Source of the DNA: a virus
DNA length: 61,774 nucleotides
Virus record (IMG/VR): IMGVR_UViG_3300045988_126226
Span: 131,035 to 192,808 of that record
Strand: one strand, 5' to 3'
The position numbers and the translations under genes were made by a program. Below the pieces are notes generated by a model. The model saw nothing but the letters and a program-made list of their open reading frames with translations. It was not told the DNA's origin and did no database searches. This document shows positions 12,732 through 22,761 of this stretch, piece by piece. Within the stretch, counting starts at the first letter, position 1. Every line of letters starts with the position of its first letter.

Positions 12732-13088
12732 TTAATAACCTGCCAATTTCATTATATAATCATAAGAAATAAGGTTTTCGTCGGTATATGGAATCTCTAT
12801 TAATCTAAAATCATGTAAAGCGCAAAAACGTCTTTTTTGATTATCATTATATTGCTACTGGTATAAACCGCGTTTTCCGCCAAATTTAGAACTGGCTTCA
12901 TAATGCTATTTTCCCTAATACTCAATAATGAAATCAATTTTTCCATCATCATCAAATATAACAAAATCAAAACGAAGCGGACGCCCGCTGGGGCTTTTTA
13001 AATCTGGAAAGATATATTCCATTTTAAAAGGTAGTCCTGCTTCTTCTAAGATTTCTTCAATTTTAATTTCTCCTCTTGAAGCACGCAT
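12732..13088 (-). CDS. stand-alone PD-(D/E)XK (Vsr/DUF559-like) endonuclease, HEG-like (118 aa, 3 TAG)
   Basis: ATG 13088; motif RFDFVIFDDDGKIDFIIEY-Q-GKQHY resembles the C-terminal domain of the 40346 endonuclease; inserted between terL and portal. Confidence 0.45.
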
Positions 13089-13100
13089 TTTCCACCCTCC

Positions 13101-14840
13101 TTAATTTAAAAAGCACCAATCAGCCGCATTAAACTTTTTACGTTTTTTCTTTTTATCTTCTTCAAGTTTTAAATAATATAATCCATATTCAAAAGCCGAA
13201 AATTTATCTTTACGAATTCCGCGATTCGCCTGTTTTAGAATAATATTAATACCTTCATTTTCTTCGCGTAAATTCATCATTTCTTCTTTTAATATGGAGG
13301 TTAAAGTAAATGGTTTTAAATAATCTGCCCTTTGTTCAGAAGTCATTTTTGAACCTTTTTGAGTAGCTAATAATTTTTCTTTAGCTGTTCTCTCATCTAT
13401 TAAGAATTTTATCTTGCCCGCCTGTAATTGAGTCTAAGCATTAGCATGACATTCAGTATTTATTGGAGCATTTGCTTTAATAACATACATAGCATCAAAT
13501 TGAGTATTTGGTGTGCGATATTTTTTATAATATCCATCATCATCATTCTCAACACCAAAATCAGGTAAAAATTCACCATCTTCATCATTTTGAGATTTTA
13601 CCATATAATCTAAAAGTCCAATACCTAAACCGTTACCGTCTATAACCAAAGTTTTAGCTTTATATTTATAAAATAATTTCTTTAATTTAATAGCCTAATC
13701 TTCAAAATGGTCATCTGACATAGTATACATATTTACTAAAGATTTAATAGCTGGACCTTGGGCTTGTGGTGTTACTTTAAATACGCAAACTACCGAATCG
13801 CACCCCTTACGACCTACATCTACAGAAAGCACATAATAAGCTTGCGCGCCCGCGCGTCCAGAAGCTTCATATTCAGGCTATAATAGTTTTCTATTTCTAT
13901 CAAAATGCTCTCCATTAAAGAAAGCATCTTCAACAGTTCCTGACCACTTAGATTCATATTCACGTTCAAATGAGGCCTCGTTATAAGTTCCTTCATTCTT
14001 TTGGTCAGTAATAAATGTCTTACTTTGTAATCCTACCGCAACAGGAGTTCGCCATGTTCCACCTAATACCATACAACGATCGGGCTAAGTCACCATACGA
14101 ACTAAGAAACCAATAAGTCTATCATAAGGGAACGTGCCCTTATAACCAGCAGTAGTAATATAGATTTGTGATTTATTTAATGGCTCTTGTTCATTGGTAG
14201 TGCCATCTTTAGCTCTACGAGAAATTGCCATAACAGGAATAATAACTTCACGAAGAATAGCATCATCAATACCAACACACTCTTCCATTAATCCACCATG
14301 ACGACGCTGACCACGAGTGCTTTCACGAGCTGCGAGGTTATCCAAAACTGAACCATTTTTAAATACATATCTAACTTTATCTTTTCCTTCAAGAGTTTTT
14401 CCTCGGCTCCAATCAATTTCTCGATTAAAGTTTGGAATAAGTTCACATATTTCTTGAACTTTATCATGAAGAATACTAGCACCTTGCTCTTTACCTCCAG
14501 AAGTAACGAACAAATGCGCACCAGGATATAAAATACATCTAATCATTAATGCCATAACAGACAAAAATGATTTAGAATAAGCACGAGGGAAAACCGCGTA
14601 AACATACTAATAACGCATAACAGAACGGAGAAATACTCTCTAATAAAAATAAAAATTAAATTCTCCATCTTTTATTTCAGTGCGTCTTCCTCGCACCATA
14701 AAATCTACAAATAAATCAGGATATTCTCTCCAAAAGGCAACGTATTTGCGGATAGTAGGCATTACCGCTTCTACTCGCTCCGGTGATAACCCTATTTTTC
14801 TACGGCTATCACTTAACTACAGTAAATCTTGTAATGCCAT
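13101..14840 (-). CDS. terL: terminase large subunit (579 aa, 7 in-frame TAG)
   Basis: hand translation joins ORFs 14085..14564, 13878..14072, 13434..13649, 13101..13346 in one frame through TAG; N-terminal ATPase region and C-terminal nuclease-like IDGNGLGIG/ESKWSG motifs; ATG overlaps upstream stop (TAATG). Confidence 0.6.
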
Positions 14841-16027
14841 TATTTATCCAAACCCTATAAGAACTCATTATCTTGCGCAGACTCCTATTCTTTAAATTCC
14901 TCAAAATCCGCGTAATCACTATCTTTAATAGTTTTTTCAAGTTCTTCAATACTTAAATCAGCATCATCAACGATATCGCTTTCCGCGTTCTTTGCTTTCT
15001 CTTCATCTTCTTTAGCATTTTCGCGTAAAGCCTTTTCTACCATTGTGCTAATATTAGTTTCATCTTCAATAAGAGTGCGAGTATAACGTTGCATATCTTG
15101 AATAGTTAAATCCACTTTATCATGTGGCTATTCAACATAATATCTTTCAATATATCCTTCTTTTTCACATAATTCAATTAATTCGCCAATTGAATCAACA
15201 AATTCACCTGATTCTGCTTTGTTTTGAGCAGCAGTAAATTTACCAGACTTCATTAAGCTATCGTATACTTTGCTCATCTTTTGGAAACCTTCAATATCAC
15301 CAATATCGATCAATTGATTTGCCTTTAAAGATGTCTTACATATTAATTTTAGCGTATCTTTATGTCCGGCACCTTGAATATCATAAGAAGCCATCATTTC
15401 TTCATACAACTATTCAAGCTTAACCCATTCTTCAGGCTTATAAGTCTTGCCCCATTTAAGTCTTAAATAAGTGCGGTCTTCATCAGTTAAGTCTAACTCT
15501 TGTTCAACTTTACCACTCTATTGTGCAAAATAATCTTCCGTAGGGGCATTAGGTGGTGGAGCATAAACCGGTTCTTTTAATTCTCCTCCTGGAATAGTGA
15601 TTGAACTTTTTTCAATAGCAGTTGCGATCTACTGAGCGTCATATCCTTGACGTTTCATAGTTTGCTCTAATTTATTATTCGCCATCTATTGTAAAAATTC
15701 AGTATCTTTCCAACGATAATCTTTAAACTATTTGAGTTTCATTTTTGACAAATAACGTCCAAGAATCGTCATACCGGTCATAGACTGCGGATCGCGCCCA
15801 TATTTTTCCATTAATTTATTCCATTCATCTGGAACATAAGGAACATCCGCTTCTTGTAAAATCCATAAATAAGTATCTGGATTCCAATTATCGACGTGCA
15901 TTGTCATACATTTTTTGCACACGGGAAATTTACCATCATTAGGATATTTTTCTAAATTATTAGATGAATAAAATTCCGTGCCATTCATTGTACGATTACA
16001 TTTTTCGCAATAATATGTTTCAGCCAT
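14840..16027 (-). CDS. Zn-ribbon protein upstream of terL (395 aa, 7 TAG); possible small terminase/DNA-packaging protein
   Basis: ORFs 15728..16027, 15128..15409, 14885..15115 share one frame via TAG; N-terminal CxxC...CxxC; acidic C-terminus; coupled to terL. Confidence 0.4.
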
Positions 16028-16076
16028 AAATAAAATATTCTCCTTTCAACTATTTATTATAAACAAAAGGACAATA

Positions 16077-17132
16077 TTAAGATTTTTTGGCCTTAGAATT
16101 TCGACAACTTTTACAAATACTATAAAAGCCATCTTTGCTTGTTTTATTTTTACTAAAATATTTATTATGAGCTAATTTTATTTTACCACAACGACTACAT
16201 TTTTTATATTTACCTTTTTCAACATTTAAATAATAATTATCTAAATATTCATCTTCCGCAGTCGAAGCAATTAATTTTGGAATTTTATTACGCCATAAAC
16301 TTGAAATATATTCAAGGCTGTGCTTAATACCAAATTCCATTTGTATTTTCTCTTGAATGTCAATATTTTGTAAACCATCAATTTTATATTCAACGATTCT
16401 ATCATAAAGAGGATAATTAGCTAAAGCTTTATCACAAAGCTTATCAAAATCCTCCATTAAGTACCACAAGTCTTTATCATATTCGCCCCAACTATCTTGT
16501 TTTAATCGGGAATAATTACATAAAACCGCAGAACATATTTCAGGTCTTAATAAACTAATTCCATCAGGAATGGGAAAACCATCATCATCAAAAATAAATG
16601 TTTTATCATCTAATGGAATATAAGACTTTGATCTGGTTAATTTTGTAGGCACTATTGGACGACGATAAGCATTTTTCATAACATACTAATCTTTGCGCAT
16701 TTCAATAAGAGCCTTTTTAATAACAAAAGCATCTTTGCCTTCTGTTACTTTTAATTTAGCCTCCCAAACATTAATGGCTTCTCTTAACTAATTTAAACTT
16801 GGTATCTCTTCTAAATCTTTTTTTGTAATTGTAATATGTGGTTGAAATATTGTATTTCTATTATTTGTAATTAAATTATAAATTCCATCTTCGCCATTTT
16901 CGAGTTGGGAAACAAGACCTTCAAAAGAAGTCTCACGCTTATTAACTGTAGCCATACGATTATCAGTTAATAATTTTTTCTCCTTTTTTTCTTGTTTCTC
17001 CATACAAAGAACCAAATAGTCTGCTAAAATTTCTAAATACTTTTCAGGCGGATCTGGATTATCAGCCAAAATTTGTTCGACTAATTGATTTCTTTCTTCT
17101 GGAGTTTGTAAAGAATAATCAAGTTTTATCAT
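16077..17132 (-). CDS. first gene of late operon (351 aa, 2 TAG), C-terminal CxxC Zn ribbon
   Basis: ORFs 16788..17132 and 16077..16679 in frame across TAG; ATG 17132 directly after divergent promoter region. Confidence 0.45.
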
Positions 17133-17324
17133 TTTTTACCTCCAGTCTATATTTATATTATACTCGAAAAAATTTTTTTTGTCAAGTTTCATTTAAAATT
17201 TTTTCTTTTTATATTTAAAAATTTTTTTAATAAAACAAATAACTTTTGCCCAATCACGCTCCACGATTTGACATTTCTTTATTTTTATTTTATTATTATT
17301 ATAAGAAAAAGAAAAGGAGTATTT
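17133..17324. promoter_or_regulatory. divergent AT-rich promoter region between late (minus) and early (plus) modules
   Basis: TTGACA-like boxes on both strands, A/T tracts, followed by SD aaaaggag and ATG 17325. Confidence 0.4.
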
Positions 17325-17432
17325 ATGGAAATTATTTTTATTATATTATTGAGTTGTGCGTTAGTAGCATCGTTCCTTTTTTTATGGTTATATAGAAAAG
17401 CTTTTTGGGTATTATACCAAAAAATGGCAAAT
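17325..17432 (+). CDS. small hydrophobic peptide (35 aa) ending in TAG; in frame with next ORF
   Basis: SD aaaaggag 8 nt upstream; only early ORF terminated by TAG. Confidence 0.4.
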
Positions 17433-17462
17433 TAGCAAAAAGAATTAAATAAATGGCCAATC

Positions 17463-17717
17463 GTGCAATATGAGTGTATGTTATTATTAAATATATTTTA
17501 TAATTATGATTTTGAGGGAAGAGCAGTAGATTTTTCGCGATATGAGACACAAGGATTAATTGTTTATAATTGTTTTCATGATGCGAAAAATAGTCCAAAA
17601 GGAATCGCGAATGATGGAATTGTTTCATCATTTTATAAACAGGCATTTGTATATGAATTAGATGATGGAACATTTGAATGGGAGGATATTGAAGATGAGG
17701 CGGAACCAGCCTTTTGA
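17463..17717 (+). CDS. hypothetical early protein (84 aa, GTG start) or C-terminal part of a TAG-readthrough fusion
   Basis: ORF track; same frame as 17325..17432. Confidence 0.35.
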   Translation: MQYECMLLLNIFYNYDFEGRAVDFSRYETQGLIVYNCFHDAKNSPKGIANDGIVSSFYKQAFVYELDDGTFEWEDIEDEAEPAF

Positions 17718-18090
17718 AGTAAGAGGAATAGATGCGGTAATATTTAGATTAGAACAAGAATATTTTAACGCAACAAGAGATAAAGATCCTTTTGTAAGAG
17801 ATTGGAAATTATTTAAAACAATACGTGTTGAGCAGAAGGATAATGGGTCAAGAACAATTACTTATAAACCTTTATCAAACGCGGAAAAGGCTCAATTAAG
17901 CACCAAAGAAGAACAAGAAGAATACCAGTTAAATAAATACAAATATGTATTAGAACACTTAATGGAAAAATATGATATAAATACTATTAATAGATATATT
18001 GATAGTTGTAAATATAAAGATAAATTAATCAAATATATGGAGGAAAAATTAAATGCGGAAACCACTCAGCCCCTTGAAGGCAGTTGCTAA
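17695..18090 (+). CDS. hypothetical early protein (131 aa)
   Basis: ATG 17695 with SD ggagg; TAA stop. Confidence 0.5.
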   Translation: MRRNQPFEVRGIDAVIFRLEQEYFNATRDKDPFVRDWKLFKTIRVEQKDNGSRTITYKPLSNAEKAQLSTKEEQEEYQLNKYKYVLEHLMEKYDINTINRYIDSCKYKDKLIKYMEEKLNAETTQPLEGSC

Positions 18091-18517
18091 AAAGTATCAG
18101 CAGAAAGCTACTTATTCTGCTACTTCTGGACTATACACTCTTATGTGGGGTGAGAAGCCTAAAAGAGGTAGAAAAAAGAAATCGTAATTTAAGATTATTG
18201 TTTTAACCCGTAATTTGAAATTGAAAATTGATTTAGATTGTGTTTTGACCAGGCAAAAGAAAAAACAATAAATAAAAATTTATTTTTCCCGAAATACACC
18301 CCGCCCCATGCAGGTTTTATTCATTCTTGAGTGAATAAAAATGCAAAGGTATGATGCAAGGGTGCCGCGCCCGTCAAACTGCACAAAAGCCCGCCCCGTA
18401 CAAAACAAATCTTTGTGCAATCCGTTAATTGTATTCCGTGGCTGAATCTGCTACCATGTAGCCATGCTGAACGGCGGAACATCGAATGGCAAATTACATG
18501 AAACGAGGATTTACAAA

Positions 18518-18820
18518 ATGACGAACGCCAAAATTAAAGAAATTTGTGAACTGTCTGAACAGATTAAAAAGTTGAGCGCACGGTTAGAAGAACTCAAGGC
18601 CGAATTCCGCGCCGATAGTGAGTTGACCGGCACGACGGTTTACACCGCCGAAAACAAGTACACCGTGCAGATTCGCGCCGGTGGCATGAACGCGGGCGGC
18701 CTTGATACGAAAGCCTTTAAGACTAAAGCGCCCGCTTTGTACGCGGAATGTCTGCGCAAGTATCCCAAAGCCGCGACTGCCCGCGCCGCCCAGGTGCTTC
18801 CCACTACCGCGAATAAGTGA
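18518..18820 (+). CDS. hypothetical protein (100 aa) in GC-richer island
   Basis: ATG 18518, TGA stop; composition differs from flanks. Confidence 0.45.
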   Translation: MTNAKIKEICELSEQIKKLSARLEELKAEFRADSELTGTTVYTAENKYTVQIRAGGMNAGGLDTKAFKTKAPALYAECLRKYPKAATARAAQVLPTTANK

Positions 18821-18859
18821 GGGCCTTGCGCCCTCCCCCCTTGCGGGGCAATCATCTAT

Positions 18860-18879
18860 ACACACACACACACACACAC
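18860..18879. repeat. (AC)10 dinucleotide microsatellite
   Basis: acacacacacacacacacac read directly. Confidence 0.9.
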
Positions 18880-18908
18880 GTTAGCGCGTTAGCGCAGAAA
18901 GGCACATT

Positions 18909-19070
18909 ATGTCTACTATCAAGACTCTTCTCGACGGTGTTCTTCTTGTCAAGCCCTTGTCTTATGTCCTCGGTGAGGACTGGACTTACCTCTATTCCGA
19001 CGTCTACAAGGGCGTGGAATATGACGTCCATGCTTGCATGAACGGCGAGGTTGTCGCGGTGTTATGCTGA
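18909..19070 (+). CDS. hypothetical small protein (53 aa)
   Basis: ATG 18909 after gaaagg, TGA stop, followed by hairpin gaggggattatcccctc. Confidence 0.45.
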   Translation: MSTIKTLLDGVLLVKPLSYVLGEDWTYLYSDVYKGVEYDVHACMNGEVVAVLC

Positions 19071-19134
19071 GGGGATTATCCCCTCAGCCCCTCTAAAAAC
19101 TATATGCGCGCTTTAGCGCGGGAAAGGTCATATT

Positions 19135-19611
19135 ATGCCTATCAATATCACTTCTTTCACTTGTCACACTATCAAGAACGCGGCGAGACTTTATCAAAAA
19201 TTTGCCGTTCTCAAGGCCGAGGACGTGGCGGAAAAGTTCACCGCTTATCAGAAACTCATCGGATATGCGCCCTATGCGGAAAAGGTCGCGGCGCGCCGCG
19301 CCTATCGCAATGCCAGAACTGACGCTGAAGACTGGCGTAAGCGCGCGGACATTATGTCCATGATTGCAAAGGTATGGATTGACACGCGCTTTACCGTGGT
19401 AGACTATATCATAGACGATGCCGAGTTTGGCGACATCTACAATTATAGCGGGTATTTTATGACCGCTGATGAACAGGCCAAGTTTGAGCGCGAAAACATT
19501 AGCGCAGGAAACAAGCTGACCATTCTGGACACGTACAAATGCGGGATTGATCAACTTCCCAATGACCTGCACGATGACTATATTAAGACGTTGTTTAGCG
19601 AGTGGGTTTAA
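19135..19611 (+). CDS. hypothetical protein (158 aa)
   Basis: ORF track, SD gggaaagg, TAA stop. Confidence 0.5.
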   Translation: MPINITSFTCHTIKNAARLYQKFAVLKAEDVAEKFTAYQKLIGYAPYAEKVAARRAYRNARTDAEDWRKRADIMSMIAKVWIDTRFTVVDYIIDDAEFGDIYNYSGYFMTADEQAKFERENISAGNKLTILDTYKCGIDQLPNDLHDDYIKTLFSEWV

Positions 19612-19642
19612 CCCACTCGCTCCATAGAAAGAGGTGTATATT

Positions 19643-19774
19643 ATGTCTACTATTGCTATTATCTGTCTTGCTTCTATCTGCGCTTATAATTTTGTGTATA
19701 GCGTAGACAGTAAGAAGCCCGCTCGCGCTATTGCCAGCACTATCGCCCTTGTGTCGCTCATTGCCATTCTGTGA
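19643..19774 (+). CDS. small membrane peptide (43 aa)
   Basis: SD agaggtg, hydrophobic, TGA stop. Confidence 0.45.
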   Translation: MSTIAIICLASICAYNFVYSVDSKKPARAIASTIALVSLIAIL

Positions 19775-19790
19775 AAGAGAGGAAAGAATT

Positions 19791-20150
19791 ATGAAAAACA
19801 TCATCAACTATATGCTTGCTATTGCACTTCTAATTAGTGCTACTATGTTTGTATCTCACAACCAAACTACCGAAGCGTGTGAAGAAGCACCGCAGTCATA
19901 TGACCTCACTGTTATTGACAACTGGTGCGGCGCAGGCACAGAACGCGGAAGTATTCGTTTCGTCGGCGCGGAAGTTAAATCCCGAAACGGGGACATTATC
20001 ACACTACTGGACGAACAGGGCAATCTGTGGGAAGTCGAACATATGAACATTGATGATAATGACTTCCTGTTGTTGTGGATAAATGACAACGATACATATG
20101 ATGACTTTTCAGATGATGTTATCATTAAGGTATGGAGAGAAGCTTATTAA
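19791..20150 (+). CDS. secreted/signal-peptide protein (119 aa)
   Basis: SD gagaggaaag, N-terminal hydrophobic segment, TAA stop. Confidence 0.5.
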   Translation: MKNIINYMLAIALLISATMFVSHNQTTEACEEAPQSYDLTVIDNWCGAGTERGSIRFVGAEVKSRNGDIITLLDEQGNLWEVEHMNIDDNDFLLLWINDNDTYDDFSDDVIIKVWREAY

Positions 20151-20159
20151 GCTTCTCTC

Positions 20160-20440
20160 TTTATTTTTCATTTTGATTCATAAATATTCATATGAATATT
20201 CATTGCATATTCATACATTGGCTTGGCCGGCCCGCTGACGTGCGTTGCGCAAGTCAGCGGGCCGAGTTTTGCAATAGGCAAGTTGCACAAAAATTTTCAG
20301 ACGAATTTGTGCATTATGCCAGTCGCCTTTATGCACCCGAAAATGAATATTTATACATGAATATTTATGCAGCCCTGATGAATAAATATTTTTTTCAAAA
20401 ACCTATTGACATTCAGTCCAAAAGTGGTATAATAGAGGTA
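20160..20440 (+). promoter_or_regulatory. regulatory cassette A: ATGAATATTCAT palindromes, 11-bp GC hairpin (20229-20263), TGCACAAA/TTTGTGCA inverted repeat, promoter ttgacat-N17-tataat (20406-20434)
   Basis: sequence read directly; architecture shared with cassettes B-G. Confidence 0.5.
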
Positions 20441-20465
20441 TCAAAAGAAAAGGAGATACGCCACA

Positions 20466-20762
20466 ATGACTAATACCGAATTTCTCAAGACCCTCTCGCT
20501 CGAAAAGACGCGCCTCGAACATGAGCTTGCCACTGCCACGGAAAAGGCTGATGACCTCGATGATGCGGAAACGCTTGCATGGGCGGCAGTCGTTACCATG
20601 GAGCACGCACCAGAAGAGGAATATACCCGTGAACAGTGCGAAGCCATCTATGACGCATATGAACAGGCAATGCGCGCAAGTGAGGAGCAAGCCGACTATA
20701 TAGAAGAAATTGAAAACACAATCGAAAAAATCAAATCGTTAATGGAAATGTACGAGGATTAA
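20466..20762 (+). CDS. acidic helical protein (98 aa)
   Basis: SD aaaaggag, TAA stop. Confidence 0.55.
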   Translation: MTNTEFLKTLSLEKTRLEHELATATEKADDLDDAETLAWAAVVTMEHAPEEEYTREQCEAIYDAYEQAMRASEEQADYIEEIENTIEKIKSLMEMYED

Positions 20763-20850
20763 ACCTCGTACATTTTTTTATAAATGGTATTGACAAATGC
20801 CCTGTTATCTGCTATAATGTAGATACAATAAAGAAAAGGAGATAACAACA

Positions 20851-20979
20851 ATGTATGAATTCGAGTTTATCAATAAAATCACTAATGAGCATGACATTCG
20901 ACAGTCATTATACTGCAAGGCTCCGGATCTCGGTCCGGACTGGGAGCTTGTTTTTACTGAGTATGTGGAGGAATATTAA
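20851..20979 (+). CDS. small protein (42 aa)
   Basis: promoter ttgaca/tataat upstream, SD aaaaggag, TAA. Confidence 0.45.
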   Translation: MYEFEFINKITNEHDIRQSLYCKAPDLGPDWELVFTEYVEEY

Positions 20980-20980
20980 A

Positions 20981-21085
20981 ATGAGTTTACATGATGGTTT
21001 AGTTTTACTTTTCATTTATACCGGTACAATCGGCGTGGGCGCGCTCATTGAATGGGCAGAAAAGAAACTGAAAAAGAGAAGTTGA
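20981..21085 (+). CDS. small membrane peptide (34 aa)
   Basis: ATG 2 nt after previous stop; terminator follows. Confidence 0.4.
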   Translation: MSLHDGLVLLFIYTGTIGVGALIEWAEKKLKKRS

Positions 21086-21172
21086 AAAACTTCTCTTTTT
21101 TTTCATTTTACCTATTGACAAACTCTAAAAGTGTGCTATAATGGTAGTATCAAAAGAAAAGGAGCTTTTCAA

Positions 21173-21448
21173 ATGAAAACATACAACATCATCGACGCTG
21201 AGACTAAGACTACCGCAGTTTTCCATGTCGCAAAGAATGAAAAACTTTTAGACCGGCTCGAAGAAACACTCTATATCACACAAGAATTAGAGCCGTATTT
21301 CAGAGATTGGAAATCGCATCTTGCGACTTTTGGTTGGGCTGATTTTAGTTACCATTGTGTTGAATTTTTCCGCGTGTCCTATGACTGGGCTGACTCGCCG
21401 ATTGAGGTTAAACCAATCGACTATCCGGTGAATAGATTGGAGCAGTAA
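21173..21448 (+). CDS. hypothetical protein (91 aa)
   Basis: promoter ttgacaa..tataat, SD aaaaggag, TAA. Confidence 0.55.
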   Translation: MKTYNIIDAETKTTAVFHVAKNEKLLDRLEETLYITQELEPYFRDWKSHLATFGWADFSYHCVEFFRVSYDWADSPIEVKPIDYPVNRLEQ

Positions 21449-21543
21449 TGCTCCAATCTTTTTTCAAACTTTTTTGAAAAACCTATTGATAAATCCCGAA
21501 TCTATGGTATAATAAGAGTATAAAAAGAAAGGGGATAAACCAA

Positions 21544-21738
21544 ATGTTATTTATTGTTTCTGTCAACTACTACAACTATAAGGCTGATGATAACAACCGT
21601 TATCGCTATGAAGTGTCTGTCGCGGGACAGGAAAACGCATATGCCCTCGGGCAGAAGTTCATGGACGCAGACAACGTCCTCTCGGTTGACATTATCGATG
21701 CAATGACCGGCGAAGTCATCGAGAGTTGGGAAGAATAA
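21544..21738 (+). CDS. hypothetical protein (64 aa)
   Basis: promoter ttgataa..tataat, SD aaagggg, TAA, terminator. Confidence 0.5.
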   Translation: MLFIVSVNYYNYKADDNNRYRYEVSVAGQENAYALGQKFMDADNVLSVDIIDAMTGEVIESWEE

Positions 21739-21869
21739 AAAAGCTCGGCAGGATATACAAAATCCTGCCGAGCTTTTTATTCAATTTGCCTATTGACTTT
21801 TGTTATAGCTCATGCTATACTATAATTGTTCCAAGGGAACGACATTAAAGATGAAAGAGGTTAATAAAG

Positions 21870-22109
21870 ATGACTTTGGGCATGGTTAAAAATGTGATTG
21901 GTCTGGTAAAGGGCGCGCTGATGTTCTATGAGGGGAACGGTATTGAAGTGATAAATGAAAACACTTGCGGCCGCTATCTCAAAGACCGCAAAGGTCGCAT
22001 GACTCTGAACGGCGATGTTTTGGGCGCAAGCGAGGAATGGGTGCTGGGACTGCCGGTCAGCGGTTTGAAAGCCAAAGATGACGTTCTCATTATTTATGTT
22101 GATGGTTAA
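21870..22109 (+). CDS. hypothetical protein (79 aa)
   Basis: SD agagg, TAA. Confidence 0.5.
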   Translation: MTLGMVKNVIGLVKGALMFYEGNGIEVINENTCGRYLKDRKGRMTLNGDVLGASEEWVLGLPVSGLKAKDDVLIIYVDG

Positions 22110-22124
22110 AATTAAATTTTTTGA

Positions 22125-22330
22125 ATTAAAAATCTCCCCAAAAATGGGGAGATTTTTTTGTATATTTTGCCTATTGACAATCCCAAAACTTTGTGGTATA
22201 ATCGGCCGGCCGTGCACGCCAGGCGCGGCCGGAATTTTGTGTCAATATGCAAGTTCAACAATTTTTATGGCGAAAGTTTGTGCATAATGTCAATAGACAG
22301 AATCCCGAATCGGTGCTATACTATAATCAC
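22125..22330 (+). promoter_or_regulatory. regulatory cassette B: terminator; P1 ttgaca(22174)-tggtataat; hairpin ccggccg..cggccgg (22203-22232); P2 tagaca-N17-tatact (22293-22322)
   Basis: read directly. Confidence 0.55.
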
Positions 22331-22374
22331 AGTAAGGGAAGGAAAACCTAAACAAACCGGAAAGGGATAACAAC

Positions 22375-22683
22375 ATGATTAACATTCGTTCTATTCGCAA
22401 GCTCGCTGAAAACGATGGCCTGACTCTCAAATATGGCAAGAAAATCAACTACAAGTCCGGTTGGCAAGTCGCTACCGATGGCGTAGAGTGCAAGACCGCG
22501 CGCGAGGCCATTAACGCGGTCAAGGAATATGGCGGAAACTGCGGGGTATGGCTTGCGAACGGCATCTATTATGTTGACAAGTCCAAGAGAGTGCAGACTA
22601 AGAAGCAGGCGCTTGAAATTGGCAAGGCGTGCAATCAAATCAGCGTATATGGCTGGGCGCGCGGGAATCTCGCCTATTGCTAA
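22375..22683 (+). CDS. hypothetical protein (102 aa)
   Basis: SD aaagggat, TAA. Confidence 0.55.
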   Translation: MINIRSIRKLAENDGLTLKYGKKINYKSGWQVATDGVECKTAREAINAVKEYGGNCGVWLANGIYYVDKSKRVQTKKQALEIGKACNQISVYGWARGNLAYC

Positions 22684-22761
22684 AAGAAATTGCATATAGG
22701 GCTTGACAAAAGCCCTTCCGCATGATATAATACATATACAATCAAGAAAGAGGTAAGTAAG

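Noticed and set aside
1-17132. TGA (rather than TAG) as the recoded codon, or late genes being pseudogenes
   Set aside because: TGA and TAA cleanly terminate the reconstructed late genes (e.g. 34095, 34670, 1022, 13101). Fragments are always co-linear in one frame with no frameshifts, and TAG is the only interrupting codon. Genome-wide decay of every structural gene is implausible.
18584-19041. ORFs 18584..18877(-), 18640..18855(-), 18702..18884(+), 18817..19041(+) in the GC-rich island
   Set aside because: Overlapping alternative frames of a GC-rich segment with Arg/Ala/Gly-rich translations and no RBS. The sense ORFs 18518..18820 and 18909..19070 explain the region.
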